Shown piece after piece: positions 48,017 through 57,366 of a stretch of 64,000 nucleotides of DNA; the first letter of the stretch is position 1, and every line of letters starts with the position of its first letter. The stretch covers positions 96,001 through 160,000 of the forward strand of contig JAOZFN010000011.1 in assembly GCA_027492205.1 (NCBI GenBank), in the 5' to 3' direction. This stretch comes from Thermoproteota archaeon. Lineage in GTDB: Archaea > Korarchaeota > Korarchaeia > Korarchaeales > Korarchaeaceae. A program made the position numbers and the translations under genes. Below the pieces are notes generated by a model. The model saw only the letters and a list, made by a program, of their open reading frames with translations. It did not search any database and had not been told where the DNA came from.

Positions 48017-50262
48017 GGGGTGGAGCGGCGAGGTGCGGCGGCCTCCTCCTTGCCGCGCTGGCTCTGACCCTGCTCACCCGGCCTGCGCTCTCGGCGGCCG
48101 GCCCGGGCGAGGTTGAGGGGTCGAAGTCTCAGACCATCTACTACAAGCTCGACCCGCTCGGCAGGCTCTCGGAGGGGTCCGTGGAGGTCCTCATCAGGCT
48201 GAGCGCGCCTCTGGGATCCGAGAGGGGGGACCTGGTGGACAGGGTCCAGCTTGTGGACCCGGGCACCATCTCCCCGCTGCTGGGCACCCCCAGCCCGTCG
48301 TCGCTTAGGGACTTCTACGGGCACCGGGTCCTGGTGTGGTCTGGCGTGGAGGTGGGGCCGGGCGACCTCGAGTTCAGGTACACCGCCCAGACCTCGGCCC
48401 CCCCGCCCCTCCGGGTCAACGTCACCCTGACCCTGGACGGGACGCCGGCCGCCCCTTCAGAGCTGGAGGGCGGCTGGTATCTCGAGGTGAGTCCTGGGGA
48501 TCAGTTCAACCTGACGTTCGATGTCGAGAACCTCAGGCCAACCGTCAGGACCGACCTAGGGTACGGAAGGCCGCCGCTCATGTACACCCTCCAGGTGAGC
48601 CTGCCGAAGTCCCACTTCACGGAGCCCTCCGGAGATCCCGCCCCCTCTATCGTCTTCCCCACGGCGGACGAGTGGATCCTCTCGTGGGTCGGCGTCGTGT
48701 GGGACGAGCCCGAGAGGGTGACCGTCTCCACCAAGCTGAGGGTGTCGGCCCCGGAGGGGTTCCTCGACCTGCCAGCCGTCACGGTCCAGGCGAGCTACGA
48801 CGCGACCCCGGTCGTTGAGCAGCTCAGCTCCGCCGAGGAGAGCCTGGACGATATCATAGAGTCGCTCGAGCAGATGAACGGGTCCATGACCCAGCTTGTC
48901 CGAGGAATGGAGGAGCTCTCCTACTGGCTGGGAGAATCCAGGATGAGGCTGGCCGAGGCTCAGAAGGGGCTCTACCAGCTGGCGGACGCGCTCGAGCGGG
49001 CAAGTGAGCTCAGCGGGGAGGCCGCTCACCGGGCCACAGCCGCCGCCGATCAGGTAGACTCAGCCCTCCAGGACGCCAGGAAGGCGTTGGCCCTGGTGAG
49101 GGACCTGAGGGAGAGGGTGGAGCGGCTCAGGCAGTGCTACGAGAACCTCACCTCCACCCTGCGTGACCTTCTCGAGGAGCTCAACGTGACTCTCCCCACT
49201 CCGCCGCCTCAGGTGGGCATCGTTGGGGCCGTGGAGGCGGCTGAGTCCCAGATCGAGACAGTCCTCAGGAGGGGAGGCCAGATAACCAACTCCCTGCGGG
49301 CCCTCGCCCTGGCCATGAGAAACGCCACCACCTCCTTTGCAGAGGCGGCCGAGGCGGCCAGGTCCTCCGCGAAGGACGTCGAGGCCCTCTCCCAGGCCCT
49401 GGGCTTCGCGCAGTCTACCGTGGACAGGGGGATGGAGTCGGCCGGGGAGGGGCTCGAGGACCTCGAGGACAGGTTGGAGGACGCCAGGAGTCAGAGGGAC
49501 GAGATCAGGCTGAAGATTTCCCTGGCCGAGTCATCCTGGTCCAGCGGGGGGCTGGCCGAGTTCGCCGCCCACGCCTCCACGGTGGCGGCCGACGCGATCT
49601 CTGCAAGGGAGGGCGACAGGTGGATTACCTGGGCCGTCTCGGTACCCCAAGCGCCCGGCACCCTCGCTGGCCTGGCGATTCACTTCGGGTGCGGGGACCA
49701 GGTGGTTGTGACGATGCTCCTACCTGACGGGTGGAGGGAGCAGGATTGGGGGAACCTCCTCTCCTACGGTGTGGTCTACGAGGAGGAAGACTGCGTTCTG
49801 TACATACCGGGACCGCTGAACCTCTCTGACTCCTCCCCAACCAACCTCTCGGTGCTGGGCGTCCCCATCAGGGTTATCTCAGCCAACCCCCCAACCTCGG
49901 CCGAGGCGGACCTCGCATCCGGCACTCCCATCGAGGCCGAGGAGAGGGTGGTCATGAAGATGAGCCTGCCGACTCTAGCCGTGGGCATACCCCTGACGGG
50001 ACGCGAGGAGTACGCCCCGGAGACCCAGCCGCCGCCCTCCCAGGAGAGATCCAGGGTGTCCATCTGGCCGTTCGCCCTCGCCGCGGCCGCGGTCGCGGCG
50101 GCCGCGACGGCCGTGAGGCTCGTCCACCAGAGGGCGGAGGAGCGCAGGGTCCTGCAGGCCAGGATCAGAGAGATGCTATCTCAGCTGGAGGAGCTCGAGG
50201 AGGACATCGTGGATCGACTGAGGGGACTTGAAGTCAACGAAGGAGAGTTGGGCGCGGCATAG
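48013..50262 (+). CDS. Large membrane-anchored coiled-coil protein, YhgE/Pip-like
   Basis: Signal peptide, KSQTIYYKLDPLG, PLRVNVTLTLDG..PSELEG, about 240-aa heptad region, C-terminal TM plus cytoplasmic coil. Confidence 0.65.
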   Translation: MRGGAARCGGLLLAALALTLLTRPALSAAGPGEVEGSKSQTIYYKLDPLGRLSEGSVEVLIRLSAPLGSERGDLVDRVQLVDPGTISPLLGTPSPSSLRDFYGHRVLVWSGVEVGPGDLEFRYTAQTSAPPPLRVNVTLTLDGTPAAPSELEGGWYLEVSPGDQFNLTFDVENLRPTVRTDLGYGRPPLMYTLQVSLPKSHFTEPSGDPAPSIVFPTADEWILSWVGVVWDEPERVTVSTKLRVSAPEGFLDLPAVTVQASYDATPVVEQLSSAEESLDDIIESLEQMNGSMTQLVRGMEELSYWLGESRMRLAEAQKGLYQLADALERASELSGEAAHRATAAADQVDSALQDARKALALVRDLRERVERLRQCYENLTSTLRDLLEELNVTLPTPPPQVGIVGAVEAAESQIETVLRRGGQITNSLRALALAMRNATTSFAEAAEAARSSAKDVEALSQALGFAQSTVDRGMESAGEGLEDLEDRLEDARSQRDEIRLKISLAESSWSSGGLAEFAAHASTVAADAISAREGDRWITWAVSVPQAPGTLAGLAIHFGCGDQVVVTMLLPDGWREQDWGNLLSYGVVYEEEDCVLYIPGPLNLSDSSPTNLSVLGVPIRVISANPPTSAEADLASGTPIEAEERVVMKMSLPTLAVGIPLTGREEYAPETQPPPSQERSRVSIWPFALAAAAVAAAATAVRLVHQRAEERRVLQARIREMLSQLEELEEDIVDRLRGLEVNEGELGAA

Positions 50263-50318
50263 CCCGTTAATTCTTTTAGAGTGGCGGCCCCGCCGAGTGT
50301 CTGGGCCCTGGTGGGAGC

Positions 50319-50672
50319 TTGGAAGACGTCGAGGAAGCGAGGCGCAAGGCGGTGGAACGGCTCCTCGCCTTTGGCTTTGCAAGCAGCGGGTGGGCCACCT
50401 TTGAGATTCTCTCGAGCCTGATGGCCAGGAAGCTGAAGGGGGACTGGAGGGAGCACTTCTACATGAACCCCAAGAAGTTCTTGAGAGCGCTGGTTGACTC
50501 TCTCGGGGGAGAGACCCTGGCCTACACGGTGCTGCGGGTTGCCACCAAGCGCCTGAGGGAGATCGGGGTGGAGGTGAGCGGGTCGGAGATATACGAGGCA
50601 CTCAAGAGGGGGGATTCTGCGCGCCTCATCAAGCTGGTCGACCAGCTCGCCGCTGCCCTAGCCCTGGTCTGA
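50319..50672 (+). CDS. Small helical hypothetical protein (DUF3227/NitrOD-like)
   Basis: NPKKFLRALVDSLGG pattern; TTTTAG box upstream. Confidence 0.5.
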   Translation: MEDVEEARRKAVERLLAFGFASSGWATFEILSSLMARKLKGDWREHFYMNPKKFLRALVDSLGGETLAYTVLRVATKRLREIGVEVSGSEIYEALKRGDSARLIKLVDQLAAALALV

Positions 50673-50686
50673 GTGTGGCGGGGGCT

Positions 50687-51355
50687 TCACGCCACGACCA
50701 TGTCTATCTTGACGAGCTCGACCCCCTCCTCCGAGGGCTCGAGCGTCACGGTTATCTGCGGCTTGGCCCTCTTAAAGTACCTCCTCAGGAACCTCTCAAA
50801 GGCCGAGCCCAGCTCCGGATCGCTGGCCCTAACGGTCACGCTCACAACCTCGCTCTTGAGGATCTTCATCTGAGAGAAGAAGTCGTCCAGGGTGTTCTTC
50901 AGGTCGGTCAGCCTCTCCACTATGGTGTTCCCGGCGGGCGTGAGGCCCTCCAGGACGAGGATCCCCCCCTCGGTCCTGACCTCCGCGCCCTTCTCCACCC
51001 TCAGCATCTCGAGGAACACCCTCTCCTGGATCAGCCTCCTCCTCCTCTCCTCGATCCTCTTCTCCATCTCCCTCTCCCCTATCATCCCCCCGATCTTGGA
51101 CATGATCGGGTAGATGGCCACGGTGGCCACGCCCCAAACGGCGAAGCTCTTCCAGAGGAGACCCTTAACCTGTTCGAAGCTGGGGAGGGCCTCCGGCCGA
51201 TTGAACCAGCTGAGCGTGACGTAGATGAGGTAAGCCAGCCATATGCTGGTGGTCAGCACCATTCCGGCCTCGACGAGGATCGCGCGGTACTTCTCCTTGG
51301 TCCTCTCCAGTAGCTCGACCCTGTCCAGCGCGCCCTCAAAGCTGTCGAACGACAT
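50687..51355 (-). CDS. Hypothetical membrane protein (2 TM plus cytoplasmic domain)
   Basis: Two hydrophobic helices, charged linker, genic codon usage. Confidence 0.65.
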   Translation of the reverse strand: MSFDSFEGALDRVELLERTKEKYRAILVEAGMVLTTSIWLAYLIYVTLSWFNRPEALPSFEQVKGLLWKSFAVWGVATVAIYPIMSKIGGMIGEREMEKRIEERRRRLIQERVFLEMLRVEKGAEVRTEGGILVLEGLTPAGNTIVERLTDLKNTLDDFFSQMKILKSEVVSVTVRASDPELGSAFERFLRRYFKRAKPQITVTLEPSEEGVELVKIDMVVA

Positions 51356-51406
51356 ACCGGGGAGATAGTGGGACCGGCAGTTAAAACCTTCTTCGGGCCG
51401 CTCGGA

Positions 51407-52654
51407 ATGATGGCGGTCCTAAAGCTCCTCGCGGTCGCCTCTCCCCTCGACCCGGGATTTGCGGCATCCATCCGGGGGGCCACCTTCTCCCTAATCTCCT
51501 CAGCCGAATCCGCCGAAATCCCACTCGACTTCTTGGGACTGGAAGGGGGCGTGGGCAGGGCGCCCACGGGTGGGCAGGGGGACCTGGCGGTGGCCGTCAT
51601 GACGGGTGGGACGGAAGGGACTATCCTCAGGGTGGCCCGCTCGTGGGAGGGGGGCATCGCGCTCCTTGCCACGCCCCACTCAAACTCCCTCGCCGCCTCG
51701 CTGGAGGCCGCCGCGGCGCTCAGGTCCGAGGGCCGATTCGCGAGGGTCGTGAGGGCCGATTCCTGGGCGAGCTTCAGGTGGGAAGACGTTCTCAAGGCAG
51801 TCAGGATGTCTAAGGCCGTTCAAATGCTCTCCAAGGCCAGGTTTGGCCTCCTCGGTCCACCATCCGACTGGCTGGTTGCGAGCCACCCGACGCTGGGCCC
51901 GCTCGAGCGGTTTGGGGCCAGCCTCGAGGAGGTCGACCTGGGAAGGCTTGTGGAAGCATACGAGAGGTGCGATTCAGACCCCAGGGATGTCGAGGCGGTG
52001 ATATCGGGGGCCAAAGAGATCCTAGTCCCCGGGGATGAGGTGAGGAAGGCTCTCAGGATGAAGCGGGCCCTCGAGGAGGCGCTCAGATCCGGCGGCTATC
52101 TCGGCATCACGGTCAGGTGCTTCGACCTGATCGAGATGGGCGTCACCGCGTGCCTGGGGGCGGCGGCGCTCAACGACGCGGACGCGATCGTGGGGTGCGA
52201 AGGGGACGTCCCGTCCATGATATCGATGGCGGTCCTGGCCGCGGTCTCCGGCAGGCCAGCGTGGATGGCGAACACGACCGACGTCGGTCGTGACTCGCTA
52301 CTCCTATCCCACTGCACTTTTCCGCTGAAGCTGGCGGAGGCCTACTCCCTCAAGACCCACTTCGAGTCAGGCCTGAGCGTTGGCGTGGACGCAGAGCTGC
52401 CCCCAGGGGAGAGGGTCACCGTCGCCAGGGTGGACCCCCGGGGAGCGAGGGCGATCGTGGGGGTGGGGTCCGTGAGGGAGTCCTCCCTAGGCAGGGAGGC
52501 GATGTGCAGGACTCAAGTCCTCCTCTCGATGCCGGGGGCGGATCGGCTGATTAGGGCTCCGATTGGCAATCACCTGGCCATGACAAGAGGGGATTTCGGC
52601 GACGAGGTCCAGGAGGTGCTCGAGTTCCTGGGGTTCACCGTCTCACGCCTGTGA
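51407..52654 (+). CDS. L-fucose/L-arabinose isomerase-like protein
   Basis: TGGTE, NSLAASLE, PSDWL, TVRCFDL, GCEGD, SHCT, THFES, CRTQ, GNH. Confidence 0.8.
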   Translation: MMAVLKLLAVASPLDPGFAASIRGATFSLISSAESAEIPLDFLGLEGGVGRAPTGGQGDLAVAVMTGGTEGTILRVARSWEGGIALLATPHSNSLAASLEAAAALRSEGRFARVVRADSWASFRWEDVLKAVRMSKAVQMLSKARFGLLGPPSDWLVASHPTLGPLERFGASLEEVDLGRLVEAYERCDSDPRDVEAVISGAKEILVPGDEVRKALRMKRALEEALRSGGYLGITVRCFDLIEMGVTACLGAAALNDADAIVGCEGDVPSMISMAVLAAVSGRPAWMANTTDVGRDSLLLSHCTFPLKLAEAYSLKTHFESGLSVGVDAELPPGERVTVARVDPRGARAIVGVGSVRESSLGREAMCRTQVLLSMPGADRLIRAPIGNHLAMTRGDFGDEVQEVLEFLGFTVSRL

Positions 52655-53098
52655 TTCGGACCCCCGCCCAGGGGGCCTTCTCTCGGTCGGGCCCCCGGCC
52701 TGGGGCCCACCCCCCCTCTCGCCCCGCAGCAGGCTCTGTACCTCCTCCTCCAGCCTCCTTGTGGCCCTGCTGAGGGCCAGGACCTCGACGGCGAGCCTCT
52801 CCTCCTCCTCTACAAGCGACTCCTCAGCGAGGTCGACCGTGAGTTTGACCAGGGCGCCCATCCCGCCGAGGAGCGCGAAGAGGGCCATGAAGGAGAACAT
52901 GAGAATGGGTCTCAGGAGCCACCTGGCCACCTCCTGAACTGACGGTGGACCCAGCAGGGGGAACGGGATGAACGGTTCGAGCAGATCGGCCAGCGGGTTT
53001 GCCAAGAGGAATCCCATGAGCAGTCCAAGGAGCGCCCAGCTGACTACCAGAAAGGCTATCCTGACGGCAGTCAGGTATGCCTTGTCCCACCCAACCAT
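52643..53098 (-). CDS. Hypothetical membrane protein
   Basis: Two TM helices plus coiled tail; ATG at 53098 after a TTTATTAA box. Confidence 0.6.
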   Translation of the reverse strand: MVGWDKAYLTAVRIAFLVVSWALLGLLMGFLLANPLADLLEPFIPFPLLGPPSVQEVARWLLRPILMFSFMALFALLGGMGALVKLTVDLAEESLVEEEERLAVEVLALSRATRRLEEEVQSLLRGERGGGPQAGGPTERRPPGRGSESQA

Positions 53099-53180
53099 AT
53101 CAAATCTGAGATGTCTCCTCACAAATTTAATAAAGAGATTCTACGGCGACTTCGCTCTAGAACCCACGTTCTCTCATCCC

Positions 53181-54071
53181 CTAGTGGCTGAGCTTCCACC
53201 TGACTCCCCTCTCGTCGGATACGGGGGTGGCGAGCCCCCGCTCCATCAGATGCGCCACCATGGACCTCAGGGTCACGCACGCCAGTACGACGGAGGAGGG
53301 CGTGATGGGCGCCCCGCCCAGCCTGAGCAGCCTCGCGGCCATCTCCTCTATGCCCATCGGCCTGCCTGAGGTCACCCTGACGGCCAGCCTCGGGAGCTCC
53401 TCCAGGGCGCGGACGTTGGCCTGGATGAGCTGGACGGCCCGCCTCCCGGACACCACCGGTCCATGCGAGGGAACGAGCTTCCTGAAGGAGTCCGCCTGCT
53501 CCTCAAGCGACCTGAGCGTCTCGAGCGCCCGGGCGTAGTCCTGGTGGTAGGGCACCACCACCGACCTCAGCAGCCTCTCTCCGAACACGCAGTCCCCGGC
53601 GTAAAGCAGGTCCGAGGGGGCGAGGAGGCTCACGTGGCCGAAGGAGTGTCCCGGCGTCGGGATGGCCTGGAGCCCGGCCACCTCCGCCGGGGCCTCGAAG
53701 GACCCGTGGACCCTTACCGGGAGGGCCTGGAGGGAGTGGATGAAGTTCTCTGGAGGCCTCCCGCCGAACGTCATAGCTCCCCTGAGTTCTGGGCTCTCGG
53801 CCGCGCAGACCTCAAGCCTGGGAGCCAAAACCTTCGCCCCCACCGCTTCAACGAGACCCGGGGCCGCCGCGACGTGGTCGGAGTGGGAGTGAGTCAGGAC
53901 CACGGTCACGTCCCCTCCGCCCAGGGCCGAGATGGCTGAGACGAGGTCTCTAGCCCTCTCGGCCGGGTAGCCCGGGTCAACTAGGGTCAGCCCCGAGTCG
54001 GTCGGGACAATGAGTGTGGCGGGCGATCCCGGCATCAGGAGCAAGCCGTCTCCCAGCTTTCTAAGCTCCAT
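53181..54071 (-). CDS. Metallo-beta-lactamase-fold hydrolase
   Basis: THSHSDH, PGHSFGH, AGD, PSHG. Confidence 0.9.
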   Translation of the reverse strand: MELRKLGDGLLLMPGSPATLIVPTDSGLTLVDPGYPAERARDLVSAISALGGGDVTVVLTHSHSDHVAAAPGLVEAVGAKVLAPRLEVCAAESPELRGAMTFGGRPPENFIHSLQALPVRVHGSFEAPAEVAGLQAIPTPGHSFGHVSLLAPSDLLYAGDCVFGERLLRSVVVPYHQDYARALETLRSLEEQADSFRKLVPSHGPVVSGRRAVQLIQANVRALEELPRLAVRVTSGRPMGIEEMAARLLRLGGAPITPSSVVLACVTLRSMVAHLMERGLATPVSDERGVRWKLSH

Positions 54072-54675
54072 CCCGGGGCCTATCCTGGCTAGCCTTTACC
54101 CTTATCCCCTCTTCAGCACGCCTCGGGAGTGCTATCCCCCCCGGCCCGCCGACGACCTCCGCCCTGCCCATGAGTAGGAGGGCTCCGGTGAGGGCTGCCA
54201 GAGCCGCGTCAACCTCATGTATCGAGCTCACTCGGCCCAACGAATGCCTGGCTGAGATTCCAACCTTCTTCAGCGCTTCTAAGACCCCGGCCGCGGTCCT
54301 GGGTACCCCGAGCACCTTGGCCGTCGATCCGGGGTGGACCTCCACGACCCTCACGCCGAGCGCTCTCAGGCCCGAGGCGAGTCTTATCCCCCTCTCCGTC
54401 AGCGACCTCATGGGGCCGAGCATGGGCGGCAGGACCCTCAGTCCCCTCCTGATGAGCTCTCTGTCTGACTCTCTGAGCCACCCCGAGCTCGGCTTGCTGA
54501 GAGGCGCGTCTATCGCCACGAGGTCCGGGTCGCTCGAGGCGACGAAACCGAAGACCTCCTCGTCGGTGAGGAGGGTGAGGCAGGCGAGGGAGTTCAGTGT
54601 GAGAACGGCCACGCCCGTCGGCCTCGTCTCCTTTCCGGCCAAGTCGAGGCCCACGACCTTCCAGGACTCGGCCAC
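54061..54675 (-). CDS. DUF429 predicted RNase H-fold nuclease
   Basis: VGLDLAG..PTG, AIDAPLS, RESDREL, VEVHP, HEVDA; GTG start at 54675. Confidence 0.85.
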   Translation of the reverse strand: MAESWKVVGLDLAGKETRPTGVAVLTLNSLACLTLLTDEEVFGFVASSDPDLVAIDAPLSKPSSGWLRESDRELIRRGLRVLPPMLGPMRSLTERGIRLASGLRALGVRVVEVHPGSTAKVLGVPRTAAGVLEALKKVGISARHSLGRVSSIHEVDAALAALTGALLLMGRAEVVGGPGGIALPRRAEEGIRVKASQDRPRDGA

Positions 54676-54727
54676 CGAACCCCCGCGGAGGTCTAAGCTA
54701 AATACTCGCGGCCGCCCCGACTGGGCG

Positions 54728-55843
54728 ATGGGACTCGATATCGAGGAGCCCCTCCCGTCTACCCGGGCGATAGTGGCACTGAGAGACGCCCTGCTCGGGT
54801 ACCTGGAATCCCTGGCGGACAGCATAGACCGGAGGGTCGACTCGGTGGAGACCTCCGAGGCGCGCGCCCTTCTGGGTGATCCGGTCGCTTCCAGGGTGCC
54901 AGGGGACCTGTCTGTGCCGGCCGCGGCCGCGGACGGAGGGAGCGCAGTCTACAGCCTCAGCTCCGCCAGCCTCGGCGTGTGCGTCGCCCTGTCAGTCCAG
55001 CTGAGGGTGGGGGATCGCGTCAGGCGAGGCCGCGCCCTCACTGCCGTCGTCCCTCGGGACCCGGCCCTAGCCGTGGGGATGAATCCCCAGGAGGTGGAGG
55101 CAGTCCTCTCCCCGCTGAGGGAGGCCCTAGTGGCCAAGGCGGCCGAGGCAGCCGTCAGGGGCGAACTCGGTGAGAGGCCAGATATCGTGATCCTGGACGG
55201 CCCGCTCATCCCGCCGGAGTCCGTGGGACTGGCTGTAAGGGTCGGTGGAGATCTGAAGCTGGCAAGAGAGGCGGTGGAGGCGTACCTCGACGCCCACTCG
55301 TCCCTCCTCAGGGCGGCGATGCAGGAGGGGGTCACCCTCATCGGATTCGTGAAGAGGCCCCGCTCCCACTACCTCAGCCTGATATCGGGGGGCAGAGGCG
55401 CGACGCTGAGCGACAGCGCCATAGCCTCCGGCGTGCTGACCGAAGTTGGCCAGCTGGCCCCTTACAAGCCGATAGAGCTCTGGGAAGCCGAGTTGGATTC
55501 GATCATAGGGTACCCTGAGATCCGGGCGGCCCTGGAACCGGGCTCCATATCCTTCGCATTCGTCAGGACCTCGAAGAGGAGGCCGCCCTTCAGGGTGGAC
55601 TTCGGGAGCCTGGCCGAGCCGCTGTCGGATCCCAGGGTGGTGGCGGGCTACCTCGTTGCCACCGCGGACTCGGAGGGCATACCCCTGCCGGTAGTGAAGG
55701 CCGACGAGTCGGTGAAGGTCAGCAGGCGGGTCGCCAGGGACGTGTACCTCGAGTCGCTGAGGAGGCTGATAGCCAGGGCCGCGAGGTCTGGAGCCTCGAC
55801 TCGGAGGGTTATTCAGCTCCTCACGCCCATGTACGGTGAGTGA
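54728..55843 (+). CDS. nurA: NurA-family nuclease
   Basis: AAADGG, ILDGPL, IGFVKR, SD, GIPLPVVKAD; ATG at 54728. Confidence 0.75.
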   Translation: MGLDIEEPLPSTRAIVALRDALLGYLESLADSIDRRVDSVETSEARALLGDPVASRVPGDLSVPAAAADGGSAVYSLSSASLGVCVALSVQLRVGDRVRRGRALTAVVPRDPALAVGMNPQEVEAVLSPLREALVAKAAEAAVRGELGERPDIVILDGPLIPPESVGLAVRVGGDLKLAREAVEAYLDAHSSLLRAAMQEGVTLIGFVKRPRSHYLSLISGGRGATLSDSAIASGVLTEVGQLAPYKPIELWEAELDSIIGYPEIRAALEPGSISFAFVRTSKRRPPFRVDFGSLAEPLSDPRVVAGYLVATADSEGIPLPVVKADESVKVSRRVARDVYLESLRRLIARAARSGASTRRVIQLLTPMYGE

Positions 55844-57320
55844 GATGGAGGTAGTGGGTCACGTCTACGAGGAGTCCGGGTACTACAGGCCAGACTCCTT
55901 CGACGTCGTACTCAGGGAGGGCGAATCCGTCGAGCCCGGGGAGTTCCTCTGGGTCGCGGCAGGGGGCAGGAAGGTCTACTACCAGGTGGTGGAGGTCGTC
56001 GTTCGAAGGCGGCCGGCCGCCTACGACGAGATCATGCTGAAGACCGGGAGGGCGGTGAGGGACGAGGAGTCCGACTTCCCCAGGGCCAGGGTGGAGCAGG
56101 TGGGGTACGTGTCGGGCAGAAGGCTCGACAGCTACACCGGCCTGATCAGACCTCACCAAGAGGTCTACCGGGCCGAGGAGGAGGACCTCAACGTCCTGCT
56201 GTCCTGGAGGCGCGGCGAGGCGTCCGGGCCCACGGTGCTCCTGGGAGAGGTGAGGCCCGGCGGCCTGGAGCTGAGGCTCAGGGCGTGGGACCTCATGAGG
56301 AGGGGGCTCGTGGTCTTCGGAGGGGTCGGCTCTGGTAAGACGACGACCATGCTCAACCTGGTAGTCAGGCTGCTCGACGAGGTGAGGGCGGCCGGGGGGA
56401 CTCCGAGCGCGCTCGTGATCGACAAGGACGGGGAGTACGGCCCGGTCCTGTCGGAGAGGTTCTCCGCCGAGGTCCTAGACGCCAGCTCCCTGATCTCCTC
56501 CGGAGAGGGTGAGGACGTCTACTCCAGGCTCAGGGATCTGCTCGGCCTCTCCGGCTCCTCGAGGGAGGCCAAGGCCCTCAAGAGCGCTGTCATGTCCACC
56601 CTCGGAGGCCTCAAGGGCTCTTTCGACAGGGCGACAGTCTCAGCGATCCTGGAGAAGCTCAAGAGTTCCGGGTCGAACGAGGCAGCCTCCCTGGCGGCCC
56701 TGATCCGCGGCGCCATCGACTCGATCCCCGAGCCCAGAGAGGGGGTTCCCGCGAACTCCCTGGACGGGGTGGTGAGCGGCCGGACGGTGGTGATCGACCT
56801 GACAAGGGTCGACGACTGGGATGCCGCATACCTGGCCATGTCGGAGGCGCTGCAGGCCTGCTACAGGAGGGCACTCTCCGACAGGAGCTTCGGCCTTTTG
56901 GTGGCGATGGACGAGGCCCACCTGTTCGCCCCGGAGAGGGGCGGAGTCTCGTTGGCCGAGGATCAGGCCACCAAGATACTCAGATCGACGCTCAAGATAG
57001 TCGCCACGACCGGGCCGAGGAACGGGATGACCCCGTTCATCGCGACCCAGAGGCCGGCGCTCATCGACAAGACGGTGACCACGCAGCTGGGTCAGAACGT
57101 CGTGAGCCACAGGGTCGAGGACGTGGATCTAGAGAGGGTGGGGGAGATTATAGGAAAGATGGCGGAAGCCGTTCGGCTGTTTCCCGAGGGCAGGGCCGTG
57201 GTGAAGAGCACGGCGGCCCCTCTCCCGAGGCCCGTCGTGGTCGACGTGTCCGCCGAGGTGTTCCCGGCCTCGACCGGGTGGACGGCGCTGGACAGGTGGC
57301 TCGGGGGTTCGGGGGGCTAA
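55836..57320 (+). CDS. herA: HerA-family ATPase/DNA translocase (HAS barrel plus DUF87)
   Basis: N-terminal beta barrel, GGVGSGKT, IDKDGEY, MDEAHLFAP, ATQRP. Confidence 0.85.
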   Translation: MSEMEVVGHVYEESGYYRPDSFDVVLREGESVEPGEFLWVAAGGRKVYYQVVEVVVRRRPAAYDEIMLKTGRAVRDEESDFPRARVEQVGYVSGRRLDSYTGLIRPHQEVYRAEEEDLNVLLSWRRGEASGPTVLLGEVRPGGLELRLRAWDLMRRGLVVFGGVGSGKTTTMLNLVVRLLDEVRAAGGTPSALVIDKDGEYGPVLSERFSAEVLDASSLISSGEGEDVYSRLRDLLGLSGSSREAKALKSAVMSTLGGLKGSFDRATVSAILEKLKSSGSNEAASLAALIRGAIDSIPEPREGVPANSLDGVVSGRTVVIDLTRVDDWDAAYLAMSEALQACYRRALSDRSFGLLVAMDEAHLFAPERGGVSLAEDQATKILRSTLKIVATTGPRNGMTPFIATQRPALIDKTVTTQLGQNVVSHRVEDVDLERVGEIIGKMAEAVRLFPEGRAVVKSTAAPLPRPVVVDVSAEVFPASTGWTALDRWLGGSGG

Positions 57321-57366
57321 GTGAACTCCGGATCGAAGCTGACCCCCGGCCAGCCTGCTCGCCCTC

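Noticed and set aside
54170-54727. Apparent N-terminal extension making NurA 557 aa
   Set aside because: Antisense to the DUF429 gene; ATG at 54728 is the plausible start. The same artefact affects 36976, 58868, 59316 and 24445
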